Shown piece after piece: positions 23,669 to 24,000 of a stretch of DNA of 24,000 nucleotides. The DNA is from Dyella sp. (GTDB lineage: Bacteria > Pseudomonadota > Gammaproteobacteria > Xanthomonadales > Rhodanobacteraceae), in the NCBI RefSeq assembly GCF_035486915.1, contig NZ_DATHMR010000010.1:1-24000 (forward strand). Direction: 5' to 3'. Position numbers and translations under genes: made by a program. Below the pieces are notes generated by a model, which had not been told where the DNA came from, made no database searches, and worked only from the letters and a program-made list of their open reading frames with translations. The first letter of the stretch is position 1. Every line of letters starts with the position of its first letter.

Positions 23669-24000
23669 TCAGCCGATGCCGATGCGCCGCGTGATTTTTC
23701 CAATCAGCTCCACACATACCTTAATGCGCAGGAGATAAGTCGCTGCAAAATAAGCTACGCCGTAAGTCGAGAGCACAAACAGCGCCCTGAAAATCGGACC
23801 GCGATTAGGCAAGTAGTATTCAACGGCGCACGCCAACAGCGCAGCGACCCCCGCGCCACCCCACAGCTTCACCATCATCGCAGCAGAAACGCCGGTAGGC
23901 CCCAGCCGCTTGTTCATCTTTCTGCGCAACAAGTGAAACTCGATCCACCCCGCCACACCTGCAGAAGCCGTCAAACCCACCGCTCCCCACTGCATGGGAA
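23669..24000 (-). CDS. murJ: 3' end of lipid II flippase MurJ (MviN); the gene continues beyond the window
   Basis: The minus-strand frame is open to the window edge. Translation (...GAVGLTASAGVAGWIEFHLLRRKMNKRLGPTG...LWGGAGVAALLACAVEYYL...) matches the last TM helices of MurJ as I recall them (GLALATS...W.N...L...L.rr). Confidence 0.8.
   Translation of the reverse strand, partial: PMQWGAVGLTASAGVAGWIEFHLLRRKMNKRLGPTGVSAAMMVKLWGGAGVAALLACAVEYYLPNRGPIFRALFVLSTYGVAYFAATYLLRIKVCVELIGKITRRIGIG

Noticed and set aside
1-24000. Scan for CRISPR arrays, rRNA, IS transposases and long tandem repeats
   Set aside because: I saw no regularly spaced 25-40-bp repeats, no rRNA-like segments and no DDE or IS-type transposase translation in the ORF track. 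The only repeat structures are the short hairpins and the 24-aa coding repeat listed above.

Overview
This 24-kb window comes from a high-GC proteobacterial chromosome. All calls below rest on reading the ORF translations and sequence by eye; no searches were run. The right third (16.97-24.0 kb) is ordinary core metabolism and cell-envelope biosynthesis. It holds an ALDH7-type aldehyde dehydrogenase, a DUF4190 membrane protein, a SAM-dependent methyltransferase, pyrD, murB, poxB and the 3' end of murJ. The left two thirds (1-16.5 kb) look accessory and mosaic. They start with the tail of a repeat-containing protein followed by a NERD-domain protein. Next is an AT-rich module of about 4 kb with an AlpA-family regulator and a small Integrase_1-like tyrosine recombinase. 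After that come a secreted Sel1-repeat protein and a DUF1311/LprI-like protein, then a CsgG-like/peptidoglycan-binding fusion that appears to have lost its 5' end. A solitary 1142-aa protein of unknown function follows, with an N-terminal ThuA/GATase1-like signature and a Cys-rich C-terminal module. The region ends with a small periplasmic LTXXQ-like protein, tRNA-Arg(CCT), a UhpB-like MASE1 sensor whose catalytic His and Asn positions appear substituted, and a secreted orphan protein. I recognised no rRNA, CRISPR array or IS transposase. I cannot name a complete multi-gene system. The best candidates for something undescribed are the 1142-aa orphan protein, the degenerate MASE1 pseudokinase, and the repeat-protein/NERD pair next to the mobile module.
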